Part shown: positions 1 through 13,763 of the stretch, piece by piece
Layout of the letters: the number at the start of each line of letters is the position of its first letter
Numbering within the stretch: the stretch's first letter is position 1
Assembly: GCF_003334355.1 (NCBI RefSeq)
Contig: NZ_QOWP01000002.1
DNA from: Escherichia coli
Lineage (GTDB): Bacteria; Pseudomonadota; Gammaproteobacteria; Enterobacterales; Enterobacteriaceae
Strand: one strand, 5' to 3'
DNA: 64,000 nt
Made by a program: the position numbers and the translations under genes
Notes under the pieces: model-generated
What the model was told of the DNA's origin: nothing
Seen by the model: only the letters and a program-made list of their open reading frames with translations
Databases searched by the model: none

Positions 1-833
<833 letters not shown>

Positions 834-1026
834 TATTCCCCTCTCCAGTTAATTATTGAGAATAATTATTACTTCACCTGATAAGCTGCGGATATCACAT
901 TCCTAACCGCAGCTATTTGTGAATCTTTTCACAGTTTAAATTCCCCCGCACGCTTAGCCTTAATATCAGTACATTATTATTTACTAAACGCTCGCCTTAA
1001 TTACCTATAGCATTAAGGAAGATCAC

Positions 1027-2265
1027 ATGCCGCAACAAAATTATCTGGATGAACTCACTCCGGCTTTTACGTCTTTACTGGCGATTAAAGAAGCCTCTCG
1101 CTGTTTATTATGTCACGACGCTCCCTGTAGTCAGGCTTGCCCGGCACAGACCGATCCGGGGAAATTTATTCGCTCATTCTACTTTCGTAATTTTAAAGGC
1201 GCTGCCGAGACAATTCGCGAAAATAATGCCCTCGGTGCCGTTTGTGCCAGAGTGTGCCCGACGGAGAAATTATGCCAAAGCGGTTGTACCCGTGCCGGTG
1301 TTGATGCTCCCATTGATATCGGCCGCTTACAGCGTTTTGTTACTGATTTTGAACAACAAACCGGAATGGAAATTTATCAGCCCGGTACTAAAACGCTCGG
1401 CAAAGTCGCGATTATTGGCGCAGGTCCTGCCGGATTGCAGGCCAGTGTGACACTGACAAACCAGGGTTATGACGTCACGATTTATGAGAAAGAAGCGCAC
1501 CCCGGTGGCTGGTTGCGTAACGGTATTCCGCAATTCCGGTTACCGCAATCAGTGCTGGATGCAGAGATCGCCCGTATTGAAAAAATGGGCGTGACCATTA
1601 AGTGCAACAACGAAGTCGGTAACACACTCACCCTTGAGCAGCTGAAAGCAGAAAACCGCGCGGTACTGGTCACCGTGGGGTTATCAAGCGGTTCCGGGCT
1701 ACCGCTGTTTGAGCATAGTGACGTTGAGATTGCCGTCGACTTCTTGCAACGTGCACGACAGGCGCAAGGCGATATCAGCATTCCACAAAGCGCATTAATT
1801 ATCGGCGGCGGTGATGTCGCGATGGACGTAGCCAGCACGCTGAAAGTTCTCGGCTGTCAGGCGGTAACTTGCGTAGCGCGTGAAGAGTTAGATGAGTTTC
1901 CGGCAAGCGAAAAAGAGTTTACCAGCGCCCGGGAGCTGGGCGTTTCGATCATCGATGGATTCACGCCAGTAGCCGTGGAAGGCAATAAAGTCACGTTTAA
2001 GCATGTACGGTTATCGGGCGAACTGACGATGGCGGCAGATAAAATTATTCTCGCCGTCGGTCAGCATGCCAGACTAGATGCCTTTGCGGAGTTAGAGCCG
2101 CAGCGTAACACCATCAAAACACAAAATTACCAGACCCGCGACCCGCAAGTCTTTGCTGCTGGCGATATTGTTGAGGGTGACAAAACCGTGGTCTATGCCG
2201 TGAAAACCGGGAAAGAAGCCGCCGAGGCGATTCATCACTATTTAGAGGGAGCTTGCTCATGTTAA
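1027..2265 (+). CDS. preT: NAD-dependent dihydropyrimidine dehydrogenase subunit PreT
   Basis: 412-aa ORF with Cys clusters (CxxC) and a GAGPAG dinucleotide-binding motif; overlaps the next gene. Confidence 0.9.
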   Translation: MPQQNYLDELTPAFTSLLAIKEASRCLLCHDAPCSQACPAQTDPGKFIRSFYFRNFKGAAETIRENNALGAVCARVCPTEKLCQSGCTRAGVDAPIDIGRLQRFVTDFEQQTGMEIYQPGTKTLGKVAIIGAGPAGLQASVTLTNQGYDVTIYEKEAHPGGWLRNGIPQFRLPQSVLDAEIARIEKMGVTIKCNNEVGNTLTLEQLKAENRAVLVTVGLSSGSGLPLFEHSDVEIAVDFLQRARQAQGDISIPQSALIIGGGDVAMDVASTLKVLGCQAVTCVAREELDEFPASEKEFTSARELGVSIIDGFTPVAVEGNKVTFKHVRLSGELTMAADKIILAVGQHARLDAFAELEPQRNTIKTQNYQTRDPQVFAAGDIVEGDKTVVYAVKTGKEAAEAIHHYLEGACSC

Positions 2266-3494
2266 CGAAAGATCTTTCGATTACTTTTTGCGGCGTGAAG
2301 TTTCCCAACCCGTTCTGCCTCTCTTCTTCGCCGGTAGGCAACTGCTATGAGATGTGTGCCAAAGCCTACGACACAGGTTGGGGCGGTGTGGTGTTTAAAA
2401 CGATCGGCTTTTTTATCGCCAACGAAGTCTCGCCGCGTTTTGATCATCTGGTGAAAGAAGATACCGGTTTTATCGGCTTCAAAAATATGGAGCAGATTGC
2501 TGAACATCCGTTGGAAGAGAATCTGGCCGCCCTGCGTCGGCTGAAGGAAGATTACCCGGACAAAGTATTGATCGCTTCGATCATGGGGGAAAATGAGCAG
2601 CAATGGGAGGAGCTGGCGCGCCTGGTGCAAGAAGCTGGCGCGGATATGATCGAGTGTAACTTCTCCTGTCCGCAAATGACTTCTCATGCGATGGGTAGCG
2701 ATGTCGGGCAAAACCCGGAGCTGGTAGAAAAATATTGTCGGGCAGTGAAACGGGGTTCCACGCTGCCAATGCTGGCGAAGATGACGCCGAATATCGGTGA
2801 TATGTGCGAAGTGGCGCTGGCGGCGAAGCGCGGCGGCGCAGATGGCATTGCGGCGATTAACACCGTTAAATCCATCACCAATATCGATCTTAATCAGAAA
2901 ATCGGTATGCCGATCGTTAACGGAAAATCGAGTATTTCCGGATATTCCGGTAAAGCGGTAAAACCGATCGCCCTGCGCTTCATTCAGCAAATGCGCACCC
3001 ATCCAGAACTGCGCGATTTCCCAATCAGCGGTATCGGCGGCATTGAAACCTGGGAGGATGCGGCTGAGTTTTTATTGCTCGGCGCAGCAACGTTACAGGT
3101 GACCACCGGCATCATGCAGTACGGGTATCGGATAGTGGAAGATATGGCAAGCGGGTTGTCGCATTATCTCGCCGATCAGGGATTTGATTCGCTGCAGGAG
3201 ATGGTAGGTCTGGCGAATAACAATATTGTCCCGGCGGAAGATTTAGACCGCAGTTATATTGTCTATCCCCGTATCAATCTTGATAAATGTGTTGGCTGTG
3301 GACGCTGTTATATTTCCTGTTACGACGGCGGTCACCAGGCGATGGAATGGAGCGAGAAAACCCGCACACCGCATTGTAATACCGAGAAATGTGTGGGTTG
3401 TCTGCTTTGTGGTCACGTCTGCCCGGTGGGTTGTATTGAGCTCGGGGAAGTGAAGTTTAAGAAAGGCGAGAAAGAACACCCGGTAACGTTGTAA
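2259..3494 (+). CDS. preA: NAD-dependent dihydropyrimidine dehydrogenase subunit PreA (dihydroorotate-dehydrogenase-like with C-terminal ferredoxin domain)
   Basis: ORF track gives 2253..3494; I chose the ATG at 2259 ([10 protein letters not shown]...) to give the 411-aa product; C-terminal CxxCxxC...CP ferredoxin motifs present. Confidence 0.88.
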   Translation: MLTKDLSITFCGVKFPNPFCLSSSPVGNCYEMCAKAYDTGWGGVVFKTIGFFIANEVSPRFDHLVKEDTGFIGFKNMEQIAEHPLEENLAALRRLKEDYPDKVLIASIMGENEQQWEELARLVQEAGADMIECNFSCPQMTSHAMGSDVGQNPELVEKYCRAVKRGSTLPMLAKMTPNIGDMCEVALAAKRGGADGIAAINTVKSITNIDLNQKIGMPIVNGKSSISGYSGKAVKPIALRFIQQMRTHPELRDFPISGIGGIETWEDAAEFLLLGAATLQVTTGIMQYGYRIVEDMASGLSHYLADQGFDSLQEMVGLANNNIVPAEDLDRSYIVYPRINLDKCVGCGRCYISCYDGGHQAMEWSEKTRTPHCNTEKCVGCLLCGHVCPVGCIELGEVKFKKGEKEHPVTL

Positions 3495-3504
3495 AACCAG
3501 AGAC

Positions 3505-3690
3505 GCATCCGGCATTTGGTTCCTGTCGCCGGATGCGGCTTGAACGCCTTATCCGGCCTACAAAACCATACAAATCAGTATGTTGAGCTTATTGTAGGCC
3601 GGATAAAACGCGCCAGCGTTGCATCCGGCATTTGGCTCCTGTTGCCGGATGCGGCGTGAACGCCTTATCCGGCCTACAAAACCACACAGA
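3505..3690. repeat. Cluster of REP (repetitive extragenic palindromic) elements, BIME-like, between convergent preA and mglC
   Basis: Two near-identical copies of gcatccggcatttgg(t/c)tcctgt(c/t)gccggatgcggc(t/g)tgaacgccttatccggcctacaaaacc at about 3505-3568 and 3621-3685, plus an inverted partial copy (attgtaggccggataa) between them. Confidence 0.9.
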
Positions 3691-3736
3691 TCATGATGTT
3701 ATGTGCGTTTATGACCGAATGCGGACCACATTCACA

Positions 3737-4747
3737 TCATTTCTTACGCGCGTATTTCAGTGAATCCAGCGCTACGGCGAAGATAATAATCGCCCCTTTG
3801 ATGATGTACTGCCAGTATGGGTTTACGCCGATATACGTCAGGCCATAGTTGATGACGGTAAAAATAATTACCCCGGTCACCACGCCAATCACCGTCCCCA
3901 CACCGCCGCTGAACGATACACCGCCTACCACGCACGCCGCGATAGCATCCAGCTCATACATAAAGCCGAGGTTGTTGGTGGCAGAGCCGATACGTCCGGC
4001 TTCTAACATCCCGCCGAAGGCATAGAACACACCAGACAACGCGTAGATCATCAGCAGGTTCAGGCCGACGTTGACACCAGATACTTTTGCCGCTTCCGGG
4101 TTACCGCCAATGGCAAAAATGTTCTTACCGAAGCGGGTTTTGTTCCACAACACCCAGACGAACGCCACCGCAATCAACGCGTAGAAGGTGATGTAAGAGA
4201 GACGGAAACTCCCCAGCGCGACAAAGCCCTGAGCAAAGGTAGAGAAGCCACTGTCAAAACCAGAAATTGGCGACGCCCCGACAAAGTCGTAATAGAGCGA
4301 GTTGATGCCATAGACGATGATCATCGTGCCGAGCGTGGTAATGAACGGCGTCACGTTGAGATAAGCGATAATCAGACCGTTGATCAAACCGATCACCGCA
4401 CCAATGGCACAGACAATCAGAATAACCAGCGCAATCGGCATCGTCGCCATTTCCGGGAACACTTTGTTGGCGTTATCCATGGACTGCAATAATGTCGCAG
4501 CCACCACTGCCGCCAGCCCTACCTGACGACCAGCAGAAAGATCGGTCCCCTGGGTGACAATTAACCCTGCCACACCGAGCGCGATAATAATACGCACCGA
4601 TGACTGGGTGAGAATATTACTTAAGTTCAACAGACTTAAAAATGTTGGGTCCTGGAAAATAATAATCGCCAGCAAAACTAAAAGAACGACGTAAATACCG
4701 CCCTCTTTCAGGTAAGTAAGAAAACTTTTCTTATTTAACGCACTCAT
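3737..4747 (-). CDS. mglC: Galactose/methyl-galactoside ABC transporter permease MglC
   Basis: 336-aa polytopic membrane ORF downstream of mglA. Confidence 0.93.
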   Translation of the reverse strand: MSALNKKSFLTYLKEGGIYVVLLVLLAIIIFQDPTFLSLLNLSNILTQSSVRIIIALGVAGLIVTQGTDLSAGRQVGLAAVVAATLLQSMDNANKVFPEMATMPIALVILIVCAIGAVIGLINGLIIAYLNVTPFITTLGTMIIVYGINSLYYDFVGASPISGFDSGFSTFAQGFVALGSFRLSYITFYALIAVAFVWVLWNKTRFGKNIFAIGGNPEAAKVSGVNVGLNLLMIYALSGVFYAFGGMLEAGRIGSATNNLGFMYELDAIAACVVGGVSFSGGVGTVIGVVTGVIIFTVINYGLTYIGVNPYWQYIIKGAIIIFAVALDSLKYARKK

Positions 4748-4762
4748 GGGAAGCCCCTAATC

Positions 4763-6283
4763 TTAAAGGTGCAAAGACGCAAGACGCAGAATTTCGTTTT
4801 GCGTTGTTGTTTTTGTGTCGACAATTCCGGAAACGAGACCATTGCTCATGACCAGAATACGGTCTGTTATCCCTAACAACTCAGGCATTTCAGAGGAGAT
4901 AATAATAATCCCCTTGCCTTTCTTCGCCAGTTCGGCAATTAACTGATAAATTTCAAACTTCGCCCCGACATCAATACCGCGCGTCGGTTCATCGAGCATT
5001 AATATTTCTGGTTGCGTTAACAGCCAGCGACCAATAATCACCTTTTGCTGATTACCACCTGAGAGCGAACCAATTTGCGTCCGATGACCCGGCGTTTTCA
5101 CCCGCATCGAATCAATCACCCACTGGGTATCGCTTTTCATCCGCGAGTTATCCAGTAAACCAACTTTATTTTTGTAGTTGCGAATATTGGAAATTAACGA
5201 GTTAAAACCGATATCCAGATAGGCATAAATTCCCGTTGAGCGGCGCTCCTCAGTTACCAGTGCAAATCCGTGGTTTATGGCTTCGTTGGCATTATGGTTA
5301 TTGATCTGTTTGCCGTGCAACGTTATGGTGCCAGCCGATTTCTCGCGAATACCAAATAACGTCTCAACAATATCGGTACGTTTCGCCCCCACCAGACCGG
5401 CAATACCGAGGATCTCCCCTTTATGCAGATCAAACGAGACATCGCGAATCGACGGCTGGCGCAGTGACGTCAGGTTACGCACCTCGAGGATGACTTCGCC
5501 CGGCTTGTTTTCTTTGTCAGGGAAACGCTGGTTAAGAGAACGCCCAACCATCATGGCGATGATCTTGTCCATCGTCAGTCCTGCCAGCGGTTCAGTGGCG
5601 ATCCACTGACCGTCGCGCAATACGGTAACTTCATCACATAACTGGAAGATTTCTTCCATTTTATGCGAGATATAAACAATACCGCAGCCGCGCTCTTTTA
5701 ATTTACGAATAATAGTGAACAGATGATTGACCTCTTTTTCGGTTAACGAAGAAGTCGGTTCATCCATAATCACAATTTTCGCGTTATAGGAAAACGCTTT
5801 GGCGATTTCGATCATCTGCATTTGCGAAACAGATAATGTGCCGACGCGCGCACGCGGATCGATATCAATATCCAGTTCATCAAAAATCGCTTTGGTTTCG
5901 CGGTACATTTTGTCCTGATCGACAAACATGCCTTTGGTGGGGTATCGCCCCAGCCACATGTTATCCATCACCGAACGTTGTAATACCAGGTTTAACTCCT
6001 GGTGTACCATCGAAATACCATTTTCCAGGGCTTCTTTTGCAGAATGGAAATCGATCTCTTTACCCTGGAATAAAATGGTGCCGGAGTCTTTTTGATAAAT
6101 ACCAAACAGGCATTTTAATAATGTCGATTTTCCTGCACCGTTTTCCCCCATTAATGCATGGATAGAATGTGGCCGGACTTTTAAATTAACGTTATCAAGT
6201 GCCTTAACACCAGGAAAGGACTTGTTGATACCGCTCATTTCCAACAAGTATTCCCCGGAGGACGGAGTCGTTGAGCTGACCAT
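4763..6283 (-). CDS. mglA: Galactose/methyl-galactoside ABC transporter ATP-binding protein MglA (duplicated ATPase domains)
   Basis: 506-aa ORF with Walker [10 protein letters not shown] and an LSGG signature in both halves. Confidence 0.93.
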
Positions 6284-6343
6284 ATAATTTTACCTTGTTG
6301 GTCATACAATAAGGGCGCAGTAATAGACTGCGCCCAATCAGTC

Positions 6344-7342
6344 TTATTTCTTGCTGAATTCAGCCAGGTTGTCTTTATCTACGCCAACATAAGGTACGCG
6401 GACCACTTTGTTGTCGATTTTCCAGTTGGTGCCATCAGCCGCACCTTTGCCATCGGCCAGGTTTTTCGCCAGATCAAAGGTCGCTTTCGCCTGGTTGTTA
6501 GCATCGTTCAGTACGGTGCCCGCCAGTGCACCGGATTTCACCAGCGCCAGCGCTTCTGGCAGCGCATCGACGCCAAACACCGGAATGCTGGACTTGTTGT
6601 GTGCTTTCAGTGCTTCTACCGCGCCCATTGCCATCGCATCGTTGTTGGCGATAACCACTTCGATTTTGTTGGCGTTCGGGCCAGACAGCCAGGCGTCCAT
6701 CTTATCTTTCGCCTGAGCGGTATCCCACATAGCGGTATCTAACTGTAACTGTTCAGTTTTAATGCCTTTGTCGTTCAGCTCTTTAATCACGTAAGTGGTA
6801 CGTGCTTCTGCATCCGGATGGCCCGGTTCACCTTTCAGCAATACGAATTGAATCTGACCGTCTTTGTTCAGATCCCAACCCTGATTCGCCGCCCAGTGTT
6901 TAGCAATCAAATCGCCCTGAATAATGCCGGACTCTTTGGAATCAGTGCCAACGTAGTAGGCTTTGTCGTAGCTATCCAGCGCCTTACGAGACGGTTCTTT
7001 GTTGAAGAAAACCACCGGCACGTTTTGCCCACGCGCTTTCTCAATCACCGTACCCGCAGCTGCCGGGTCAACCAGGTTGATTGCCAGTGCCTTCACCCCT
7101 TTCGCCAGCAATACGTCGATCTGATCGTTCTGCTTGGACTGGTCATTCTGAGAATCATTCATCAGCAGCTGAACATCTGGCGCGGCTTTCGCATCTTGCT
7201 CAATAGCCTTGCGCACTACAGACATAAAGTTATCGTCGTACTTATAGATTGTTACACCAATGCGAGTATCAGCAGCGTGTGCAGCGGCACCGAATAACAT
7301 GCTGGCCATCACAGCAGACAGGGTTAACACCTTCTTATTCAT
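6344..7342 (-). CDS. mglB: Periplasmic D-galactose/D-glucose-binding protein MglB
   Basis: 332-aa ORF with N-terminal signal peptide [23 protein letters not shown]; first gene of mglBAC. Confidence 0.93.
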   Translation of the reverse strand: MNKKVLTLSAVMASMLFGAAAHAADTRIGVTIYKYDDNFMSVVRKAIEQDAKAAPDVQLLMNDSQNDQSKQNDQIDVLLAKGVKALAINLVDPAAAGTVIEKARGQNVPVVFFNKEPSRKALDSYDKAYYVGTDSKESGIIQGDLIAKHWAANQGWDLNKDGQIQFVLLKGEPGHPDAEARTTYVIKELNDKGIKTEQLQLDTAMWDTAQAKDKMDAWLSGPNANKIEVVIANNDAMAMGAVEALKAHNKSSIPVFGVDALPEALALVKSGALAGTVLNDANNQAKATFDLAKNLADGKGAADGTNWKIDNKVVRVPYVGVDKDNLAEFSKK

Positions 7343-7593
7343 GGTATCTCCGGTTTTTCTTATGCAGGGTAGTGCTTGAGATAAATGCTCGGCGGGGCAG
7401 TAGAGTTAATGAAGTGTTACTGAACGCCGAAGCTCACTTTTTAAAATTCGTTCTTCCATGCCCGGTAACGCTCCAGAAAACGGCTTTAATTGTTGTTATG
7501 ACGCTATTACCTCGGTGAAAGTGATTATTCACTGTTACATACGGGTTACAACGTTAAAACGGTGCAATCATAGCCATCACATTGTTAAGATAC

Positions 7594-7609
7594 TGTGAAA
7601 TCACTCACA
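7594..7609. promoter_or_regulatory. CRP-binding site (TGTGA-N6-TCACA) in the mglB upstream region
   Basis: Perfect tgtgaaatcactcaca, about 250 bp upstream of the mglB start codon. Confidence 0.7.
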
Positions 7610-7611
7610 GA

Positions 7612-7627
7612 TTGAAAGCGGTTACAT
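7612..7627. promoter_or_regulatory. Putative GalR/GalS operator adjacent to the CRP site (mgl operator), overlapping the galS stop codon
   Basis: ttgaaagcggttacat resembles gal operators (GTGGTAGCGGTTACAT-like); my recollection of the consensus is approximate. Confidence 0.55.
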
Positions 7628-8662
7628 CGCCTGATTTGTTGAGTTAGTGATCGCCGCCGCATTCTGGCGCGTTGCGACAGAATGGCGACGCACTAACGTC
7701 GGCATAAAACAGTGGCTGGCACGAGGATCAATATTGCCTGCTGCCCCCTGCAAGGCCAGTTCGGTGGCTAATTTAGCCATTGAAGCAATGGGATAACGCA
7801 CGGTCGTTAATTGCGGGTCGGTGTAACGGGCGATGGGAATATCATCGAAACCGATGATTGAGAGATGTAACGGAATCGCAATGCCATTATCTTTTAATGC
7901 TGTCAGTGCGCCAGCGGCCATATTGTCGTTATAAGCAAATACAGCGGTAAGTTGTAGATTGCGCCCCAGCAGTTCAACCATCGCCGCCTCACCGCCCGGC
8001 ATGTCCGGCGTACCAGTGCCAATCCAGCTTTCCGGCGGAATAATATCCTGCTCTTTCAACGCACTCATCCAGCCTGCTTTACGCATGGCGTCATCTTCAA
8101 TGCCGTGACTGGAAGAAAGATAACCAATACGTTGATGACCGTTATTCAGCAACATGCGCGTCGCCATTCGGGCACCGCTGAGATTATCCAGGCAAACGCA
8201 ACGATGGGCGTACCCCGGCACAACGCGGTTGATTAACACCATACCGGGAATGTTATCCATAAATTGCGCCAGTTCATCGTCACTCAATGCTTTTGAGTGA
8301 ACAATCAACGCATTACAACGCTGGCGAATTAACACCTCAATGGCGTGACGCTCTTTTTCCGCTTCATGATAGCTATTGCCGATTAGCACGTATTTCTGAT
8401 GCTGCTGAGCGACTAGATCCACCGCTTTTACCAGCGCGCCGAAAAACGCATCAGAAACGTCCATCACCACCACGCCAATGGTGTCGCTAACCTGAGTTGC
8501 CAGCGCCTGGGCATTGGCGTTTGGCCGATAATCCAGCTCACTCACGGCTTTCATTACTGCTTCACGCGTGTCGGCACTGACCAGCGTGCTGTTATTGAGC
8601 ACCCGGGAAACCGTTGCCACAGAGACGCCAGCCTGACGCGCTACATCACGAATGGTGATCAT
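7622..8662 (-). CDS. galS: Galactose isorepressor GalS (LacI/GalR family)
   Basis: N-terminal [27 protein letters not shown]; ATG at 8662 chosen for the 346-aa product (ORF track extends to 8668). Confidence 0.92.
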   Translation of the reverse strand: MITIRDVARQAGVSVATVSRVLNNSTLVSADTREAVMKAVSELDYRPNANAQALATQVSDTIGVVVMDVSDAFFGALVKAVDLVAQQHQKYVLIGNSYHEAEKERHAIEVLIRQRCNALIVHSKALSDDELAQFMDNIPGMVLINRVVPGYAHRCVCLDNLSGARMATRMLLNNGHQRIGYLSSSHGIEDDAMRKAGWMSALKEQDIIPPESWIGTGTPDMPGGEAAMVELLGRNLQLTAVFAYNDNMAAGALTALKDNGIAIPLHLSIIGFDDIPIARYTDPQLTTVRYPIASMAKLATELALQGAAGNIDPRASHCFMPTLVRRHSVATRQNAAAITNSTNQAM

Positions 8663-8738
8663 ATTCACTACCTGTTATGAGATTGCAGTAAATGACTGCT
8701 TGCTGGCGGCTATTTTGTCAGCACTGAATACAGGACTT

Positions 8739-8754
8739 CGTGAATCGAGTCACA
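8739..8754. promoter_or_regulatory. CRP-like site upstream of galS
   Basis: cgtgaatcgagtcaca matches TGTGA-N6-TCACA at 9 of 10 positions. Confidence 0.55.
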
Positions 8755-8757
8755 GCA

Positions 8758-8773
8758 ATGGAAACGGTTACAG
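8758..8773. promoter_or_regulatory. Putative GalR/GalS operator in the galS promoter (autoregulation)
   Basis: atggaaacggttacag is operator-like and part of a palindrome aaacgg-N6-ccgttt. Confidence 0.45.
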
Positions 8774-8803
8774 CCGTTTTGTTAACGAATGTGATCCAGA
8801 TCG

Positions 8804-9961
8804 TTATCTTGATGTTTTAGATATTGCCGGTCCGGCAGCACGCAAAGTTAACTGACGCCAGAGCCATTCCACCGGCCCCTGGCGGAAGAAACGCAGCCAG
8901 ATAACAGAGAAGAGGATATTCGCCAGCCATACCGGAATAACAAACGCCAGCAGCTCCAGGCGGTCAAAATGCATAAACAAACCGAGGTGGTAAAAAAGCG
9001 TGGTACAAATCAGCGTTTGCAATAGATAGTTGGTCAGCGCCATCCGTCCGACGCAGGCGATCGCAAGCACCAGCTTAAAGCGGCTCAATTGCGGCCAGAA
9101 ACCATAAAACAGCGACGCATAGCCTATCGCCTGAAACGGCGCACTCAGTTCCCGCGGCATCTGAAGTAAGAAGGCGCACCAGCGATATGCCCAGTCCAGC
9201 CGCCATTGCAGGGCGATGGCAGGAAGGTTAATGATCACCCCAATCGCCACCAGCACAAAACCAGTACGACGATAGTGACGTAAGCTGAACTGCCCTTTCA
9301 GCCAGCCACTGCGCATCAATGCGGCACCAATGAGCATCATCCCAGCCAGTTGCCAGCCATACTGTGCGCCCAGTGCCAGTAAACTGTTGCCAACACCATC
9401 GGCACGATTACTGATCGCATCAACGCCGCCGTGAAGCTTCCAGTATTTTTCATACAAAATAGCCGATGCATCCGGCGTCCAGGCGCGGCTGGTCTGGCTA
9501 TCGGAAATCAACCCCAATAACAGCAAAACGCCAAGCCCCACCAGATAAAGCATGACGCCTGTATTAAACAGGCTTTTTACCGATGGCGCATCGCGCACCA
9601 GCCGCCAGCAGATTAAGCCCACCAGCCCGTAAGCCAGCAGAATATCGCCGTCCCAGAACAGTAAACCGTGAATAAAGCCCAACAAGACTAACAGCGTTAA
9701 CCGCGACTGGATCCAGCGTCTGCCACGGGGCAGCAACATTTGCAGGCCCGCACCAAACAGCAGCGCAAAAAGCGTGAGGAATTTCACCTGGCCGACGAGA
9801 TCAAGAAATGCCCAAGTCCATGCATCCTGCGGCGTAATAGCGCCGTACCAGGCGGGATTAAGATAAGCCGCCTTTGGTAGCCCAAAGGCGCTGATGTTTA
9901 ATAGCAGGATCCCCAGAATGGCGACGCCGCGAACAAAATCGAGCGTGACGTTGCGCTCCAT
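8804..9961 (-). CDS. yeiB: Inner membrane protein YeiB (DUF418 family)
   Basis: 385-aa polytopic membrane ORF immediately downstream of folE on the same strand. Confidence 0.85.
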   Translation of the reverse strand: MERNVTLDFVRGVAILGILLLNISAFGLPKAAYLNPAWYGAITPQDAWTWAFLDLVGQVKFLTLFALLFGAGLQMLLPRGRRWIQSRLTLLVLLGFIHGLLFWDGDILLAYGLVGLICWRLVRDAPSVKSLFNTGVMLYLVGLGVLLLLGLISDSQTSRAWTPDASAILYEKYWKLHGGVDAISNRADGVGNSLLALGAQYGWQLAGMMLIGAALMRSGWLKGQFSLRHYRRTGFVLVAIGVIINLPAIALQWRLDWAYRWCAFLLQMPRELSAPFQAIGYASLFYGFWPQLSRFKLVLAIACVGRMALTNYLLQTLICTTLFYHLGLFMHFDRLELLAFVIPVWLANILFSVIWLRFFRQGPVEWLWRQLTLRAAGPAISKTSR

Positions 9962-9977
9962 GGTTCCTGCCTTTTAA

Positions 9978-10646
9978 TCAGTTGTGATGACGCACAGCGC
10001 GCAGAAACTCGTGGCGCGTATTCTGACTGGATTTGAACAATCCACCAAGAGAGGTCGTTGTCGTGGCACTGGTTGCATCGCGGATGCCACGCGCCTTCAC
10101 GCAGTAATGCACCGCGTCGATCGAGACAGCCACGTTATTGGTGCCCAGCAGCGTTTGTAGCGCAATAAGAATTTGCTGCGTCAGACGTTCCTGCACCTGC
10201 GGACGCTGGGCAAAGAACTGCACGATACGGTTAATTTTTGACAGACCGATCACCGAATCTTTCGGGATATAAGCCACCGTCGCTTTGCCATCGATGGTAA
10301 CAAAATGGTGTTCACAGGTACTGGTCAGAGTGATATCGCGCACGGTGACCATTTCATCGACCTTCATTTTGTTTTCAATGAGGGTGATTTTCGGGAAGTT
10401 GGCGTAATCCAGACCGGAGAAAATTTCATCGACATACATTTTAGCGATGCGATGCGGCGTTTCCATCAAACTGTCATCAGCCAGGTCGAGATTCAGCAGC
10501 TGCATGATTTCGGTCATATGACCAGCAATAAGGCTTTTGCGCGTTTCGTTATCCATTTCATGCACGGGCGGGCGCAGCGGTGTTTCCAGTCCTCGCGCAA
10601 CTAACGCTTCATGAACCAGGGCCGCTTCTTTACTGAGTGATGGCAT
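9978..10646 (-). CDS. folE: GTP cyclohydrolase I
   Basis: 222-aa [26 protein letters not shown]... with the conserved CEHH region. Confidence 0.93.
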
Positions 10647-10870
10647 TTATGATTTCTCCTGCAGGTGTGACGCCTCCGCCCTGCGTGGGGGCAAAGTTAT
10701 TAAGCTGATTTACAGCCTGATTATTGTGCGTGAGGCGGCGCACATAATCCAGTATTCACAGCGATAATTATTGTAATTGCCGCTGCCTTTCATCAGCAGA
10801 TGTTAAAACATCGTTATGCAAATACGGAAGTGAAAGTTACTCACAGCACATTGAATAAACGGTATGATGA

Positions 10871-11740
<870 letters not shown>

Positions 11741-11771
11741 AAGTCCGCCCGGTTCGCCGGGCATCTTCTCA

Positions 11772-13763
11772 TCAGAAGCGATAATCCACTGCCATAAAGT
11801 AACGACGTCCGTCTTCGTTATAGCTGTAGTCGTCACGACTGAGATCCTTGTCGCCAAGGTTCAGCACGCCTGCGCGCAGTTTGACGTCTTTAGTCACCTG
11901 CCAGGCCGCGCCGGTATTCCAGATGGTATAACCGCCCGGTGTTTTAGCCGTCGCGCTGTCGGCGCGTTTCTGCCCGGTATAGTGCCCAGAAACATAGAAT
12001 GACCAGTCTTCCAGCGCCAGCGGTTTCCAGTCCAGCGTACCGTTAGCAGTATGGAACGGCAGATCGGATAGCGGTTTGTTTTCGCCGTTGCTGACATCAC
12101 GACCATCGTTGTAGGTGTAGTTGATCGACAGTTTCCATTCATCGTTGAACGGAATTTTCAGTTCGGTTTCCACGCCCTGAATACGAGCTTTGTTAACGTT
12201 GTAGTAGCTAAATACCGGTATGCGCCGTCCGTTAGCGCCCGTCTCAAAACCAACAAAGTTTTGGTAGCCCGGTGCAGCGTTGACGTCAGACGTACGGCTG
12301 ATGCTGATACGATCTTTCACATCGTTACGGAAAACGGTAACGCTGGATTCACCCCCTTCCAGCCAGCCTTCTTCACCCATGTAGTAAAGCCCCAGCTCCC
12401 AACTTTCGCTGGTTTCTGGTTTCAGATCCGGGCTACCCACAATCTTACATGCGCCACGGCAGGAATTGCTCGTCCAGTCAGGGCTAAGTTGCAACAGAGA
12501 AGGTGCTTTAAATGCCGTCGCCCAGCCCCCTTTCACCGTTACGGTGTCGGTGGCGTTATAAACCAGGTAGGCACGCGGACTCCAGTGTTCACCGTAGGTT
12601 TCGTGATCGTCCATACGCACGCCGGTCGTCAGCGCCAGCGGCTCGAAGATCCGCCATTCATCTTCCACAAACAGCGCGTACTGGCTGGCAGACGTTTTGG
12701 AGCTGGTTCCCCCGGTCAGGTTCACCGCATCGCTAAGTTTGTCGTGACGCCATTCACCGCCAACCGTGAGAAACTGATTAATCGCCGTCAGCGGCAACGT
12801 GTATTTGCCGTCGACCGTATTGCTTTCGGAAGTTATCGGGCTGCTGTTGCCAGGGTTTTTGTTCTCGACTTTCTCACCGTAGTATTTCAGTTCGCTGGTG
12901 CCGTAATCCCAACGCCCATTATGGCTGACGGAGTAGTTCTGGCGTTCCAGGCGGTTTTTGTCCAGCGAGTCGGAATCACGATCCTGACGGTCGAAACCGT
13001 ATCCGGCAGTAAAATCGTGATTTTGATTCGGTGTCCAGGCAAATTCGACATTGCCGTCGCGGCTGGAGAATCCTTCAATACGCGGCGTTTCTCCGGTATC
13101 GGTGGTCGTTGAGTTTTGCGGGTCATCCTTTTCACGTTTTGCCAGGCTGCCGTAAGCTTTCATTCCCAGCACACCATCAATTAATGGTCCACTGGTAAAG
13201 AACTGACCGTTATAGGTGTCACCGCGATCGCGATGTTCCTGAATGGTGGTATCGACGGTAACGGTACCCGACCATTTCTGACCGATTTTTTTGGTGATGA
13301 TATTCACTACACCGCCGAGCGCATCGGAACCGTACAGCGACGACATCGGGCCACGGACCACTTCAATACGTTCGATGGAATCGACCGGGATCCAGTTCAG
13401 ATCGAAATCATTGTGGCGGAAGACGGCATTGCGGGAGTTCACGCGTTTACCGTCGACGAGAATCAGGGTATAGCTGCTGTCCAGACCACGAATACTAACG
13501 CCCTTACGGTTATCCCCTTCGTTCGTCAGTTGTACGCCAGGCACTTCTTTGAGGACATCCTTCAGATTCTGTACCGGTTTTCGCTGCAGGTCTTCCTGGG
13601 TAATGACGCTGATACTGGCAGGTGCATCTTTAAGATTTTGTTCCACGGAAGATGCAGTGACAACCATCGTTTCGCCATCATCATCGACCGCTAACACAGG
13701 CCATGCACAAGAAATAGCGGACAAACACAGCCCGACCCGTACGAAAGGGTTCAACCTAAACAT
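11772..13763 (-). CDS. cirA: TonB-dependent outer membrane receptor CirA (colicin I / catecholate siderophore receptor)
   Basis: 663-aa ORF with signal peptide, TonB box (ETMVVTA) and C-terminal aromatic residue (...YRF). Confidence 0.92.
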   Translation of the reverse strand: MFRLNPFVRVGLCLSAISCAWPVLAVDDDGETMVVTASSVEQNLKDAPASISVITQEDLQRKPVQNLKDVLKEVPGVQLTNEGDNRKGVSIRGLDSSYTLILVDGKRVNSRNAVFRHNDFDLNWIPVDSIERIEVVRGPMSSLYGSDALGGVVNIITKKIGQKWSGTVTVDTTIQEHRDRGDTYNGQFFTSGPLIDGVLGMKAYGSLAKREKDDPQNSTTTDTGETPRIEGFSSRDGNVEFAWTPNQNHDFTAGYGFDRQDRDSDSLDKNRLERQNYSVSHNGRWDYGTSELKYYGEKVENKNPGNSSPITSESNTVDGKYTLPLTAINQFLTVGGEWRHDKLSDAVNLTGGTSSKTSASQYALFVEDEWRIFEPLALTTGVRMDDHETYGEHWSPRAYLVYNATDTVTVKGGWATAFKAPSLLQLSPDWTSNSCRGACKIVGSPDLKPETSESWELGLYYMGEEGWLEGGESSVTVFRNDVKDRISISRTSDVNAAPGYQNFVGFETGANGRRIPVFSYYNVNKARIQGVETELKIPFNDEWKLSINYTYNDGRDVSNGENKPLSDLPFHTANGTLDWKPLALEDWSFYVSGHYTGQKRADSATAKTPGGYTIWNTGAAWQVTKDVKLRAGVLNLGDKDLSRDDYSYNEDGRRYFMAVDYRF

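Noticed and set aside
2262-3002. 246-aa ORF on the minus strand inside preA
   Set aside because: Lies entirely antisense to a well-supported gene; no RBS or recognisable domain; typical spurious antisense frame.
3505-3690. Possible CRISPR array (regularly spaced repeats)
   Set aside because: The repeats are REP elements: only two to three copies, palindromic, with irregular spacing and no cas genes anywhere in the window.
11741-11771. Short GC hairpin gcccgg-ttcg-ccgggc between convergent yeiG and cirA as a bidirectional terminator
   Set aside because: The stem is only about 6 bp and lacks clear U-tracts on either side; too weak to report as a feature.
12261-13112. 283-aa ORF on the plus strand inside cirA
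   Set aside because: Antisense to cirA; Arg/Pro-rich low-complexity translation typical of a GC-rich antisense frame.
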